A program made the translations under genes and the position numbers. This document shows positions 9,952 through 20,164 of a stretch of DNA of 64,000 bases, piece by piece. The stretch is from a virus, in the IMG/VR virus record IMGVR_UViG_3300034071_000380, positions 14,687 to 78,686 of that record. One strand, written 5' to 3'. The notes below the pieces were generated by a model. That model did no database searches. It saw only the letters and a program-made list of their open reading frames with translations, and was not told the origin of the DNA. The first letter of the stretch is position 1, and each line of letters opens with the position of its first letter.

Positions 9952-10733
9952 TAGCCCATACCTCCAAATGCTGAACTTAGTGCAAAGTCTGCTTGTGATC
10001 TAACAGAGTTTGGAGAAAATGAATATCTAACTCTTCTAATATCTGATGGTAATCCAAGTGCTTTGCTTATTGAACTATTAAATAATCTTTGAAACCCCGA
10101 TCTTTTAATAGATTGATTAACCAAGTCTCCTGTAAAGAAATATTTATATGCTACTTTAAAAGAGTCTTTTACTCTAACGCCTCCAGGCTTGCTAACGGTC
10201 ACTGAGGCCCCTTTAGGCATAAAGACGGTATCACCACCAACTTCGAATACAATGCGCTCAGATGACCTTGGAGCAATTACTACGGGTACTCCAGATTCCA
10301 TCACGGAAGCTTTATTTGCAAATACATGTGTATGCTTGCCTTTTTTAGTTGGGACCATTGATTTAGATAATTTAAAATTATATGTTAATTGAAATGACAA
10401 TCCATCCTGTGGTAACTTATTTAATTCAAAAAGTCTAGCTTCTTTGTCTCCAGCCTTTTTCCATTCATAAACATGGTGTAATGCTAGGGGTGTCGTTCTT
10501 GCTTTTGCATCAATATATTCACCAAAATCTTTTTCTATTTGATTAAATATAACTGTGCTAAATTTATTTTGAAAATTCTTGTTTGATGTCAATTTAGACA
10601 TTACGGTAGCTTTATAATAAACCGCTGCCGATATTTGAGCAACCAAGCTATCCTTTAAATGTTTATTTCTTGTTCCCATCATAAGGGGTTCAAGTCCGCT
10701 TGCTGCCGCTACTAATGCTGTACTAGAGTCCAA
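9951..10733 (-). CDS. Neck/tail completion protein (putative)
   Basis: Basic 260-aa protein in the head-tail module. Confidence 0.5.
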   Translation of the reverse strand: MDSSTALVAAASGLEPLMMGTRNKHLKDSLVAQISAAVYYKATVMSKLTSNKNFQNKFSTVIFNQIEKDFGEYIDAKARTTPLALHHVYEWKKAGDKEARLFELNKLPQDGLSFQLTYNFKLSKSMVPTKKGKHTHVFANKASVMESGVPVVIAPRSSERIVFEVGGDTVFMPKGASVTVSKPGGVRVKDSFKVAYKYFFTGDLVNQSIKRSGFQRLFNSSISKALGLPSDIRRVRYSFSPNSVRSQADFALSSAFGGMG

Positions 10734-11151
10734 TTTGTTGGTTCTCCGATCTTTTCGTCGTAGAGTTATATCCTAGGACTCTACCGAATGGATCTGTAAG
10801 CGGAGTGGTTCCTACAACCTCAAATACCGTTGGTGTATCTGTTGGAAAATTTAATTCTGTCCAAATACAGTTACCTTGTGAGTCACGGATATTTGTAATC
10901 TTTTCTCTAAGGGTAAGCTTTTCTGAAGTTCTTATTTGAACCACCTGATCGTTTACATATTTGTTACTAAATATTTGAGTGTCACTGCTTCTTGTAGTTG
11001 CAGAATTACTTACAATTCCTTTGGCATGGCAGTCTAAAGTTTTATAATAAACCCACTCTTTTACAATTGATCCAGTCTCTATATCTTGAGCATCAAATTG
11101 TTTGTAAACGTCTAGTTTCATAGACAAGACGGAGTCTATGATGCCGTTCAT
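10723..11151 (-). CDS. Head closure (stopper) protein (putative)
   Basis: Beta-rich 142-aa protein after the adaptor gene. Confidence 0.55.
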   Translation of the reverse strand: MNGIIDSVLSMKLDVYKQFDAQDIETGSIVKEWVYYKTLDCHAKGIVSNSATTRSSDTQIFSNKYVNDQVVQIRTSEKLTLREKITNIRDSQGNCIWTELNFPTDTPTVFEVVGTTPLTDPFGRVLGYNSTTKRSENQQIGL

Positions 11152-12144
11152 TTATATAAGCACCATAGAAGTAATAATATATGGATTAAGCAATTGGTCT
11201 GCAAATTGATTTCCAGTACCAGAATAAGCCTGTCCAGTATATTCAAACTTCCAGTCAAATGTCTGAACGTTCTTCAAATACTTCTGTCTCCACAAAATAT
11301 CCTTTGAGAAATAATCTTTCATAAGTTCTTTTGCAGCCATTTGAACATTGTCTGGAACTTCATTCCAACCATATCTTCCATAAACACGATATCTGGTGTG
11401 CTTGTTAAATGCCTCACCATTATATGTGTCATTAATTGTTGGTGGAACCATTCCATTTGCAATATACACAGTATTGTCTAAAAGGTTTGTTCTATCAATT
11501 CTAATTCCGAATCCGCTTTCAGTAACCTGTGGAGTATATAGCCAATTATTTACAACTGGACTTACTGTATTATCTACAAGAAGAATGTCGTTGCCGTATA
11601 GTTTTTGAATAGAATCAATTTTATATGGAAGGGCCAATATGTCTGAGTCCATTCCATATGCAATTTCTACATCATCGTATAGGAAAAAATCTTGCCCTGT
11701 GTAATCTTCAATTACTTTACGAGCATACTTTTCCGCCTGCTGAATTTGATAATAGGTTTTGTAATTTGGATCGCTTGAATCTACCCCAATATTTAGCTCA
11801 TCTATTGCTTCATAAATGTTTGTATATGGAGTTACAACATTTGCATATGTAGTGCCAGTTGCTGAGCTACCACCTACCTGATATTCCCATACTAGCTTAA
11901 ATTTTCTTTGTCTTTGAGCATATGATAAAGGAATAACAACTTGATAGTTTCCATAGTCTACTTCAATTTTTGTTGAAGTAAGCGTTGTTAAAACAGTAGT
12001 TGGAGATATTGCTGGAGAGATTGTAACATCTTCAGTAATGTCATATAGCTTTACTGTAGGTGCTGAGTCTGCATCTAATACTTCTCCCTGCCAAAAGATT
12101 TTGTGCTTTAGTGGTGAATTAGTATTTAAATATATCTCTGCCAT
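11152..12144 (-). CDS. Head-to-tail adaptor
   Basis: C-terminal IEDYTGQDF...YGWNEVPDNVQMAAKELM...QLLNPY, typical of head-tail connectors. Confidence 0.72.
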   Translation of the reverse strand: MAEIYLNTNSPLKHKIFWQGEVLDADSAPTVKLYDITEDVTISPAISPTTVLTTLTSTKIEVDYGNYQVVIPLSYAQRQRKFKLVWEYQVGGSSATGTTYANVVTPYTNIYEAIDELNIGVDSSDPNYKTYYQIQQAEKYARKVIEDYTGQDFFLYDDVEIAYGMDSDILALPYKIDSIQKLYGNDILLVDNTVSPVVNNWLYTPQVTESGFGIRIDRTNLLDNTVYIANGMVPPTINDTYNGEAFNKHTRYRVYGRYGWNEVPDNVQMAAKELMKDYFSKDILWRQKYLKNVQTFDWKFEYTGQAYSGTGNQFADQLLNPYIITSMVLI

Positions 12145-12159
12145 TATTAACGGTTAAGC

Positions 12160-12555
12160 TCAGCCGTAGAAGTCTTGAACTTCCTTTGGTGTCGCTGGGC
12201 GGAACCCCTCCTCTTTATCAAAAATTGCTTGCGCTTTATCTTTATGCATTGCTACAAAAGGATGCTCTTTGGTGAATGTAAATCCCAGAATATCGTATCT
12301 GAAGTTGTTTCTTGTCATTCTTACCAAAACCGTGTCTTCTGCAAGATCCTGCTTTGGGTTAAACTTTGGAAGGATTTCGATCTCTTCTTTTTCATCTTCA
12401 ATCTTTTTAATTGTTTGTTCATATACTGCCCAAGTTACGCCTTCTTCTGTAAGAGCGGCAATAATATCATTTTTGTTTTTTAGGCTATTTGTATCAACTG
12501 CAAAGTCCTCTGCAATTTTCTTTAGCTCTGCTACCTTTAATGTGTCAAACGACAT
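12160..12555 (-). CDS. Capsid-associated protein with N-terminal Rho-N/HeH-like motif
   Basis: LKVAELKKIAEDF...KNDII motif; gene follows the major capsid gene. Confidence 0.55.
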   Translation of the reverse strand: MSFDTLKVAELKKIAEDFAVDTNSLKNKNDIIAALTEEGVTWAVYEQTIKKIEDEKEEIEILPKFNPKQDLAEDTVLVRMTRNNFRYDILGFTFTKEHPFVAMHKDKAQAIFDKEEGFRPATPKEVQDFYG

Positions 12556-12606
12556 GTAATCTCCTTAGTCTAGGTGTTTTAATTATAGCATTACTAAATT
12601 AAAATG

Positions 12607-12636
12607 AAAAGCCCCCAAAATTAATTGGGGGCCTTT
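12607..12636 (-). terminator. Intrinsic terminator after capsid gene
   Basis: GCCCCCAA/TTGGGGGC stem followed by a T run on the minus strand. Confidence 0.7.
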
Positions 12637-12656
12637 CTTGCGGATTTAATCCTAAA

Positions 12657-13706
12657 TTATGAAGCAACCTTAACGTTCTTCACAACTACCCAAGCATCTG
12701 CTTGTTCGATCTGGACGCCAACACGAGTATACATTGTGTACTCAATTGAGTCCTTACGTGGCCAGAAGAAGCGGTAAACAGTTACATCACGCTTGATACC
12801 AATAACAACGTTATTTGGGAATGTCAAGTGGATATCTCCGTGGTTACCTGTCTCTCCTGAATAGTCGCCGTCCTGTGCTTCGTTTAGAAGTGGAACTTCA
12901 ACAATTGGAATACCAAATGCATAAGGCGCTACGTAACCTGCTGGTCCTGAGACTGGCTGTACATCTCCACGAATAATGCTTGAAGCAATATCCTGTGGGA
13001 TTGTCTGGTTAGTACCGATGCTGTTTGCAAATAGGAAATCTTGGATTAGGTTTGAACCTACCAAGAAGCGAAGGTCTGCACGACGCTGCTTGTACTTACG
13101 TGGGAGAGCCTTTAGCGCAGAGTTAAATGCTGCACGTGTAATTGCTCCTCCACCGTTGTCTACAACGTGACCGTTTGCCTTTGCCTTCTTTACAACGCCG
13201 TCAAATGACTTGTACAGTGCATCTCCTGTAAGGGATACGTTTCCATTGAGGACTACGTCTTCAATATCGTTACCTGCCTGTGTTGCCATCATACGTGCAA
13301 TGTGATCTTCTAGATCTGGACCCTCAATATTGTCTTCTAGAGACTCTGTTGATAGTTCCCAATCTAGACGAAGCTTCTTTGTTGTCAAAGAAATCTTTGA
13401 GAAAGATACTGCTGAGTTTGCTGCTGTATCGTCTGCTTCGGTTGCAAGCTTCATTAGCTTCTCGCCTACTGACATACGGTCAATCTCTGTTGTATCTGCC
13501 TTCATGCGGACTGTACGTGCGACCTTACCAATTACGGTTGCGTCGAACATATAGTCTAGAAAACGAGCTGATTGCTCTGGGTTTAGTAGACCGCCTTCAC
13601 CTTCAGAACCAACGTGTACACCAGTTGTCGCTACTGCGGCACCAGTCATGTTGGTTGTGACGTGAGTATTAGCTGCTACTGACTTTTCTAATAGTTCATT
13701 ACTCAT
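12657..13706 (-). CDS. Major capsid protein (HK97 fold)
   Basis: GGLLNPEQSARFLD, ELSTESLEDNIEG, FGIPIVEVP; follows the protease/scaffold gene. Confidence 0.92.
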   Translation of the reverse strand: MSNELLEKSVAANTHVTTNMTGAAVATTGVHVGSEGEGGLLNPEQSARFLDYMFDATVIGKVARTVRMKADTTEIDRMSVGEKLMKLATEADDTAANSAVSFSKISLTTKKLRLDWELSTESLEDNIEGPDLEDHIARMMATQAGNDIEDVVLNGNVSLTGDALYKSFDGVVKKAKANGHVVDNGGGAITRAAFNSALKALPRKYKQRRADLRFLVGSNLIQDFLFANSIGTNQTIPQDIASSIIRGDVQPVSGPAGYVAPYAFGIPIVEVPLLNEAQDGDYSGETGNHGDIHLTFPNNVVIGIKRDVTVYRFFWPRKDSIEYTMYTRVGVQIEQADAWVVVKNVKVAS

Positions 13707-13727
13707 TATATTTTCACCTACCTTTGT

Positions 13728-15041
13728 TTATCTAATTAATTCTTGTACGGAACCGAGGAAAGAACCGTTCCATTTTGACTTCTTTATTGTAGTTACTTCC
13801 TGAGACCCGCCAAGGTCTGAGGACTTCTTAATTGCAGTCTCACCTTCTACTGCATCGACACGCTTCTGTACGCCATCAATCGTGTTTCTGATATCTGATA
13901 CTGTCTTTGACAATGTATCGTATTGCTCTGCCAACTCTGTAATTCTGGAATCAACGCTCTTGCTGAAAGATTCAACTGTTTCTGTAACAGTCTTAACCTG
14001 TGCAGCATTTGCATCTGTTGCCTTACTTAGAGTTTCTGAGAAAAAGCCTTTTAGATCGCCTAACATCTTTGCAAAATCAGGTTCATCAACCTCAACTTCT
14101 GATACGTCGGCTGCTTTTTCCAGAGTTTCGGCAGAAGCGTCTGCTACTGCATCTTCTGCAGGAGCTTCTTCAACAGCTGGTGTTTCTTCAACAACAGGTG
14201 CTGTCTCTTCAACAATAGTCTCTTCAACTACTGTGGTTTCTGTATTTTCTGACACTTCATTACCTCCTTCTGCGTTTGCCTGTTTTGCAATTGTTTGTGT
14301 TTCAGGCAACGTGGATCTTGACTTGTATAAATCAAGAATTCTATCTATTTCTTTTGCTTTGTTAACATCACTTGATTCTACCCAACCAATTAAGGTTGCA
14401 GGCTTTCCTGATATTGGTGAATCAAATTCTTTTTCTGTTGACACAAAGACTGAATCGCTTTCTTCGCAATAAAAAATATTCTCTGTTACGACATCTGCCG
14501 CCATGCCCTTAAAAATCATTTTTCCATTCATCTTCTCAATTGACAAGATGTTGCATAGTTCATTTGCTGGTGAATCAACAATTGAAAGTTCAACTAGCTC
14601 ATAGTCTTTAATGAAACGAACTGTTTCTCCATTTGCCTTGTTGACTTCATTGTCTGATTCTAGAATCTTTCCGCCAATTGAAAAACCTGCAAGTGTTCCA
14701 TCTAGAACTTTCTCCCAGGTATCCTGTGCGCCTTTTGAAATGTAAGATGTTACATAAACTCCATTGTAAAATTCTTTTGATGCGGGATCATAATAGGTCT
14801 CTGGCTTAAATGATACAACCTTGCCAACTGCAATTGGCTGATGCATTTCACGAAGATTCCCACGGAATCTTTCAAATGCTTTCATGCTAGCTTCTGCTGT
14901 AACTACATCGCCAGTCTGATCAACGTTATCTAGTGTTGCAAATCCTGATACTGTTCTCTTCTCACGATTTACTTTTGTAAATGGAACTGCCAGATGGAGG
15001 TTATTTCCATTTGAAGACCAGTTAGATTTTTCAATGTTCAT
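13728..15041 (-). CDS. Prohead protease fused to acidic scaffold region
   Basis: VSGFATLDNVDQTGDVV, REMHQP, GFSIGG, ELSIVDSPAN (HK97-type protease); Glu-rich/coiled-coil C-terminus; likely start MNIEK at 15041. Confidence 0.88.
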   Translation of the reverse strand: MNIEKSNWSSNGNNLHLAVPFTKVNREKRTVSGFATLDNVDQTGDVVTAEASMKAFERFRGNLREMHQPIAVGKVVSFKPETYYDPASKEFYNGVYVTSYISKGAQDTWEKVLDGTLAGFSIGGKILESDNEVNKANGETVRFIKDYELVELSIVDSPANELCNILSIEKMNGKMIFKGMAADVVTENIFYCEESDSVFVSTEKEFDSPISGKPATLIGWVESSDVNKAKEIDRILDLYKSRSTLPETQTIAKQANAEGGNEVSENTETTVVEETIVEETAPVVEETPAVEEAPAEDAVADASAETLEKAADVSEVEVDEPDFAKMLGDLKGFFSETLSKATDANAAQVKTVTETVESFSKSVDSRITELAEQYDTLSKTVSDIRNTIDGVQKRVDAVEGETAIKKSSDLGGSQEVTTIKKSKWNGSFLGSVQELIR

Positions 15042-15094
15042 ATGCTTAATTTTATCTATTTGTAGATAAAAAGGCAAATAGTGGTTGAGTAGAT

Positions 15095-16684
15095 TTATTC
15101 AACCGTTCTTCCGTCTCCTTGAGCATTTCTGCCTTCTCCTGAAATATCTGGAGAATTGGCTTGTCTTTCTTGCTCTCTTCGACGGGTGTTATTTGCCTGG
15201 CTTCTAATTTCAGCTTGTTGCTGTGGCTTTAATTCAACCATATCATCGCCACCATCCAAAGGTATCATTCCTCTTCTAATTCTAACTTCATTAGGAGTAA
15301 TTACCTGCATTCTTAAATATCTCTCATCAATCTTAGATTGAGTATCCTCATCTGTAAGAGTTAATTCATTAAATTTAAGAGAAAGCGCATCTGTCTTTTC
15401 TTCAATAATTCTATTTAATTTCTTCTCTAATGTCATTTGTGATGGACGGCAAACTTGCTCTTTAAATGTTTTATCTGCATCTCTTGCAACCGCCAAATTA
15501 ACACCTTCTGGAGTTCCAATTTTATTAATTGGTACACGATGGGCCAGTAGAATTTCATCTCTATTTGCTTTACGATATACGTTAAATGATGACTCTTGTG
15601 CCCCCGCCTCAATAGGCTCCATTTTAAATTCAACCTTTGAATCTGGCGAATCTGCTGGAAGCGGAATATAAAGAGATCTATGGTTTTTGCCTCTAAGCCC
15701 AACCTGAAAAAACTCAAGAAGCTTGCGTTCTGACTCTGGAGAAAGCTTTGCGCCCTTTACGGTAATAATATATCTTGGGACTGCCTTGTTTTCAAAGTAG
15801 TCTAGGTTATACTTTCCAGCAAACTCATTTCCAGCCAAAGCATTTTGTGCCGCAATAATATCTGGGATGCCGTAGTAGTTATTCATCGGAGTATACTTCT
15901 TTAAATGAATAATTTCATTTGGTCGATCCTCTTGACCAGCAATTGGATTTTCTGTTTCCATGTCTCCAAAATTGCGGAAGAATACAGCCTTGCCATAAAG
16001 CAATTGAATAAATCCGTCACGCAATCTACGAACACGCATTGTCTTTGCTGGGATATGACCAATATATCCAATGTTGCCTGCTGTTGTGCGGCTAATTTCA
16101 ATATAGCCATTACCTGTTGCTTCTAAATCTGTGTATGCCTTGATAAGAGTTTGCGTAAAAGTGTCTTCATCATTTGTTGAGTCAAGCCATAGTTGTAAAT
16201 CTTGCTTTAACTTATTAAGCTTTCTGCGTGCCCGTTCTAATTGTTTTGGATCCTCAATTGAATCAAATGCATCGTTTGTCTTTTTAGTTTCTGTAAAGTC
16301 ATAGCCAAGTCCAACAATGTTTGCTACCTTTGCATTTATTGCTGCATAGTTATATGTTGAAATTTCATAAATCTTAGAAAGGTATTCTAAATTATATGGT
16401 GGTTCAATAAGATCAAATAGGGCATATCCAGTGATTGCCTGTGCTAATAAATTCTGTTGTGTTCCAGTATCTTCTCTACCAGTAAATGACTTAGATAATT
16501 CTCTGCTCATCTTACGACGAAATGCTGGGCTTAGCCCAGATACTTTTTTAAGGGAGTCTTCCTGCATCATAAATGGATCTGATGGATCCATCTCTGGATC
16601 CTTCTTTAGTCTAAACAAATCCGATGCAGAAGAAATCTCAATTCTGCTTGTTGATTCTGAATCGCTATCTTGTACAAACTCCAT
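15095..16684 (-). CDS. Portal protein
   Basis: DLEATGNGYIE, EIIHLKKY, YYGIPD, AHRVP, ITPNEVR motifs of HK97/PBSX-type portals. Confidence 0.92.
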   Translation of the reverse strand: MEFVQDSDSESTSRIEISSASDLFRLKKDPEMDPSDPFMMQEDSLKKVSGLSPAFRRKMSRELSKSFTGREDTGTQQNLLAQAITGYALFDLIEPPYNLEYLSKIYEISTYNYAAINAKVANIVGLGYDFTETKKTNDAFDSIEDPKQLERARRKLNKLKQDLQLWLDSTNDEDTFTQTLIKAYTDLEATGNGYIEISRTTAGNIGYIGHIPAKTMRVRRLRDGFIQLLYGKAVFFRNFGDMETENPIAGQEDRPNEIIHLKKYTPMNNYYGIPDIIAAQNALAGNEFAGKYNLDYFENKAVPRYIITVKGAKLSPESERKLLEFFQVGLRGKNHRSLYIPLPADSPDSKVEFKMEPIEAGAQESSFNVYRKANRDEILLAHRVPINKIGTPEGVNLAVARDADKTFKEQVCRPSQMTLEKKLNRIIEEKTDALSLKFNELTLTDEDTQSKIDERYLRMQVITPNEVRIRRGMIPLDGGDDMVELKPQQQAEIRSQANNTRRREQERQANSPDISGEGRNAQGDGRTVE

Positions 16685-16694
16685 TGCCGTCTCC

Positions 16695-17036
16695 TTATTT
16701 AGGAAGAATTAACTTCTTCATTTCGTCTTTATGGTTTCCAACATCTAAAGGATCTGGAATTAGTCCCCACTCAAGTCTTTTTTGCTGATACTCAAATTCT
16801 TCATCATCAATTTTTCTGCGTCCTGAAAGGAATTTTGGTTGTCCCTCATAGATACCATAAGAGCCAACTTCATTTACAAGGGCTTCAATCTTTGACTTAT
16901 TGCCTTTCATGGATGTGACTGACAAGAAATTTCCTTCGTCGTCTCCGACCCATCTGCCATCTGGCATTTCCCAAACATAAATACCAAGTCTGGTTTCTTC
17001 ATCCATGACCTGTGTGTTAATCTTATTGATATCCAT
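16695..17036 (-). CDS. Hypothetical protein
   Basis: 113-aa ORF with upstream extended -10, co-oriented with portal. Confidence 0.7.
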   Translation of the reverse strand: MDINKINTQVMDEETRLGIYVWEMPDGRWVGDDEGNFLSVTSMKGNKSKIEALVNEVGSYGIYEGQPKFLSGRRKIDDEEFEYQQKRLEWGLIPDPLDVGNHKDEMKKLILPK

Positions 17037-17098
17037 AGAGTTTTATTTTACCATTCTTTGCTGTCAAAGTCCAGCTTTTTGTCATAGAAGATGACAAA

Positions 17099-18979
17099 TT
17101 ATACGTTTTGGATTACAACCCAGTCATTGTCATAGTACTCTACTGAGCTTTCTGTCAGGGTAATTGACGCATTTGAGCTGTCATCTATTACAGAAGTGCT
17201 TCCAAGTATATAAAGGTTATAGTGTTCTAATGCTTGCGTTGAAGTAAATTGTGCTTGATATAAGGCTAAGTTTTGGAATAATGCAGGGATTGCTCCAGAT
17301 GAAGAATGTGAAAATTTTATTTGCCCACTAACTGCGTCTGTAAAAACAATTACAACATGGTGTAACTCGCCTAATTTAAATACATCTAAAACGCTTGTCT
17401 GTGATGTCTTATTTACGCCATTTATATAAATAGCAGCTATATTGGTCTTGCTTATAGTTCCGCCGCCCGACCATGAATAGTTTGAGGCAGCATAAGATCC
17501 ACTAGATGCTGTTGATATCAACCCACTGACTGTCAATGCATATGGGGTATAAAAAAATTCTAAAGTGTTTACATCAGATTGTGTAGTTAAATAGAACCCA
17601 GAATCTTGTACCGTCTTAATTCCATTTCTGGCATCTTTAGATAAAATTGGATATTTATTATTTCCAGTAGTTATCTCATATTCTGAGACGCCTGCTACAT
17701 TATCTAATGTTGTCATATATGACCCAGAATTATTTGAATAAAAAATTTGATCATTATAAAAGGACATTGCAAGGCTGTATAGCTTTGGAACATATTTACT
17801 AGCATCTGTGGAATCAAAAGTTATCTTTATAAAGAATGTTCTTTGTGTTGAAAAGTCATTAAGAACAAACCCTGGAATTGCCCCGCCGTTTATACATTCA
17901 ACATATGTAGACCCATCTAAAGATACTTCAACTGTAATGCCATTGTCTCCGTCCCAATCAATTTTTGAAGAATCAACTGTAAGGGCTGCTGGAATTGAAA
18001 TTATATCTTCTATATATGTGCTAGAAGATACTGCTGATTCTGTTTGAACAAGGGAAATTGAATTATCATTTTGATTAAAATAAAGATCTTCATTCATTAT
18101 ATCTGGCCAAGACCTGTTGGCTGGGTAAGAATAAAAGTATTCAGTTGCTATTGAATTATCATAAACTTCAAACAGCTGTCCAGACTCAGGTGTAACTATT
18201 TGAATTGGAAGTATCCCAGAGGCTTGATTATAGTGTGAATTTATTTGAGCATTAGAAAGAGCATATCTATATACAGCCACACTATTTATCAAAAAATGAT
18301 CATTTGCATTTAACGTTGGTCCGCTTTTTAAAGACAAAGAAGTATTTTGAAACGGAGAGGAAGTTAATTCTTTTGTCTTTTGCAGTACTGAATTAATATA
18401 AATAGATGCAGAAGAAACTGAGTATGTGCACACGATATGCAAAACCTTATTTAAATACGGAACGGTACAAAATATTTCCTCGTTATCCATTTTAAATACT
18501 ATATTGCCTTTATCATAAAATAAACCAACATTATTTGACAAGTCTCCAAATATTGGAGTTATGTTAGTTGTTGTAAATTTTGGATAAACCCATGCCTCAA
18601 CTGTAAAATCGTTATCAGATGAAGACAGTGTTGCAAATTGACTGGTTGTTTGAGTAGCAGTGTAATCTTTTGTTATTGAATACTCAATTGAGTTTAAATT
18701 TGTTATCTTTGTTGCTCTTGAATTTCCTACAACTACAGGAAGAATTCCTATCTCTGGATCCCCGCCATAAATAGCATCATTTTCGCATCCTGAATGATCA
18801 TATGCAATATCTCCATATATGCTTGCATATGATGTAATTAAGGGGTCATCTAAAATTTCTTGATACGTAGCATATGAATTTTCAATAGCTGTATAGTTTG
18901 CAATATCAACCGTAGTCAAATCATCCAAAGGGTAGTAACCGATTGGATAGTCTGACAAAATTGTTGATCTATATGACAT
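17099..18979 (-). CDS. Virion protein with LamG/concanavalin A-like domains
   Basis: PIGYYPLDD, DFTVEAWVYP, HIVCTY, VAVYRYALSNAQINSHY. Confidence 0.75.
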   Translation of the reverse strand: MSYRSTILSDYPIGYYPLDDLTTVDIANYTAIENSYATYQEILDDPLITSYASIYGDIAYDHSGCENDAIYGGDPEIGILPVVVGNSRATKITNLNSIEYSITKDYTATQTTSQFATLSSSDNDFTVEAWVYPKFTTTNITPIFGDLSNNVGLFYDKGNIVFKMDNEEIFCTVPYLNKVLHIVCTYSVSSASIYINSVLQKTKELTSSPFQNTSLSLKSGPTLNANDHFLINSVAVYRYALSNAQINSHYNQASGILPIQIVTPESGQLFEVYDNSIATEYFYSYPANRSWPDIMNEDLYFNQNDNSISLVQTESAVSSSTYIEDIISIPAALTVDSSKIDWDGDNGITVEVSLDGSTYVECINGGAIPGFVLNDFSTQRTFFIKITFDSTDASKYVPKLYSLAMSFYNDQIFYSNNSGSYMTTLDNVAGVSEYEITTGNNKYPILSKDARNGIKTVQDSGFYLTTQSDVNTLEFFYTPYALTVSGLISTASSGSYAASNYSWSGGGTISKTNIAAIYINGVNKTSQTSVLDVFKLGELHHVVIVFTDAVSGQIKFSHSSSGAIPALFQNLALYQAQFTSTQALEHYNLYILGSTSVIDDSSNASITLTESSVEYYDNDWVVIQNV

Positions 18980-18989
18980 CTATTCCTAA

Positions 18990-19187
18990 TTATAATGCTT
19001 GTATTTGTTCTTCAAATCCTGCAATTTGTAAATCTAAAAATGCAATGTGATCTGCACTTGGATTTGTTTTTGCAAGCTCTGCTTCTTTTTGTAACTCAAA
19101 TGAATACATTTGATACTCAAAATTACGAATTGTTGCAATTCTAATTTGAGCTTTTTCATCGTCCGTTAGGACTGTATATGTTGCCAT
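18990..19187 (-). CDS. Small coiled-coil hypothetical protein
   Basis: 65 aa with GGAG RBS. Confidence 0.65.
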   Translation of the reverse strand: MATYTVLTDDEKAQIRIATIRNFEYQMYSFELQKEAELAKTNPSADHIAFLDLQIAGFEEQIQAL

Positions 19188-19199
19188 TTTATTCTCCCT

Positions 19200-20156
19200 T
19201 TACCATGTTATATTATCTACTTGTCCTGGTGTTATTGTACTTGCTGTTCCACCAATACTTGTTGAGCCAGTTACCCCAGTTCCTTCTGCACCAGAAGAAT
19301 TTCTAGATCTTACGTTTACAGAAAAAGATGAGGTTGTAGGCCATTGAATAGTACCAGCAGAGTAACTATATGAAGTAGATGCAGTATTTCCAACGTAAGA
19401 ACTATTTATATAAATATCATATGATGTTGCATTTGTTCCAGCGGTCCAGGATATGGATAGCGTTGTTGTATTATACATAGCCAGAACACCTGCGTATAAT
19501 GTTCTTGGCCCAGAATTTGATCCTTTTGTAATTGTTACAGTTGTTGGTGATGTTGGAAAAGGATTAGAAACAACATCTCTACTATCTGAAGTTAAAACAT
19601 TGTATTTTGTAATTAATCCACTTCCAGTTGTAAATACAAATGACGCTGTTGTTCCGCCAGAATACGTAGTGGTTGCAGATCCTGGCTGTCCAGGTGTTGG
19701 GGTTCCATTAGATAAAATTAAATTAGATGGTGCGCCAGGAGTTGCAGCAACAACTGTTATAGAATTACTGCTTGTTACTGTTGTTGTGCCTCTATTGTTT
19801 GTTGATGTAACTTTACAAGCAATTGCATTTCCTATATCTGCAACCAATGTTGAATATGTGGAAGATGTGGCTCCAGATATATTAGATCCACCTCTTGTCC
19901 ATTGATATGTATATTCTCCTAAAAATGCATCATTTGTATTCCAAGTGCCAGTTGTAGAAGTTAAAGTTTGCCCTTGTGTGCTTGATCCAGATATTGTTGG
20001 AGCTGCTGTATTTAATGGATATTCTGGATAAAATTGCGACCATGAAGATCCGTTATATATCCAGCCTTTTTTAGCATTAGACCATACAGAGCCATTATAA
20101 AATTTTAAACTTTTTTGAGCATTCCATGAAGAGCCATCATATATTTTTATAGTCAT
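19200..20156 (-). CDS. Ig/FN3-like virion decoration or fibre protein
   Basis: PTISGSSTQGQTLT..W..YTYQW Ig-like repeat; FN3-like ISWTAGTNATSYDIY. Confidence 0.7.
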   Translation of the reverse strand: MTIKIYDGSSWNAQKSLKFYNGSVWSNAKKGWIYNGSSWSQFYPEYPLNTAAPTISGSSTQGQTLTSTTGTWNTNDAFLGEYTYQWTRGGSNISGATSSTYSTLVADIGNAIACKVTSTNNRGTTTVTSSNSITVVAATPGAPSNLILSNGTPTPGQPGSATTTYSGGTTASFVFTTGSGLITKYNVLTSDSRDVVSNPFPTSPTTVTITKGSNSGPRTLYAGVLAMYNTTTLSISWTAGTNATSYDIYINSSYVGNTASTSYSYSAGTIQWPTTSSFSVNVRSRNSSGAEGTGVTGSTSIGGTASTITPGQVDNITW

Positions 20157-20164
20157 GTTGGCTC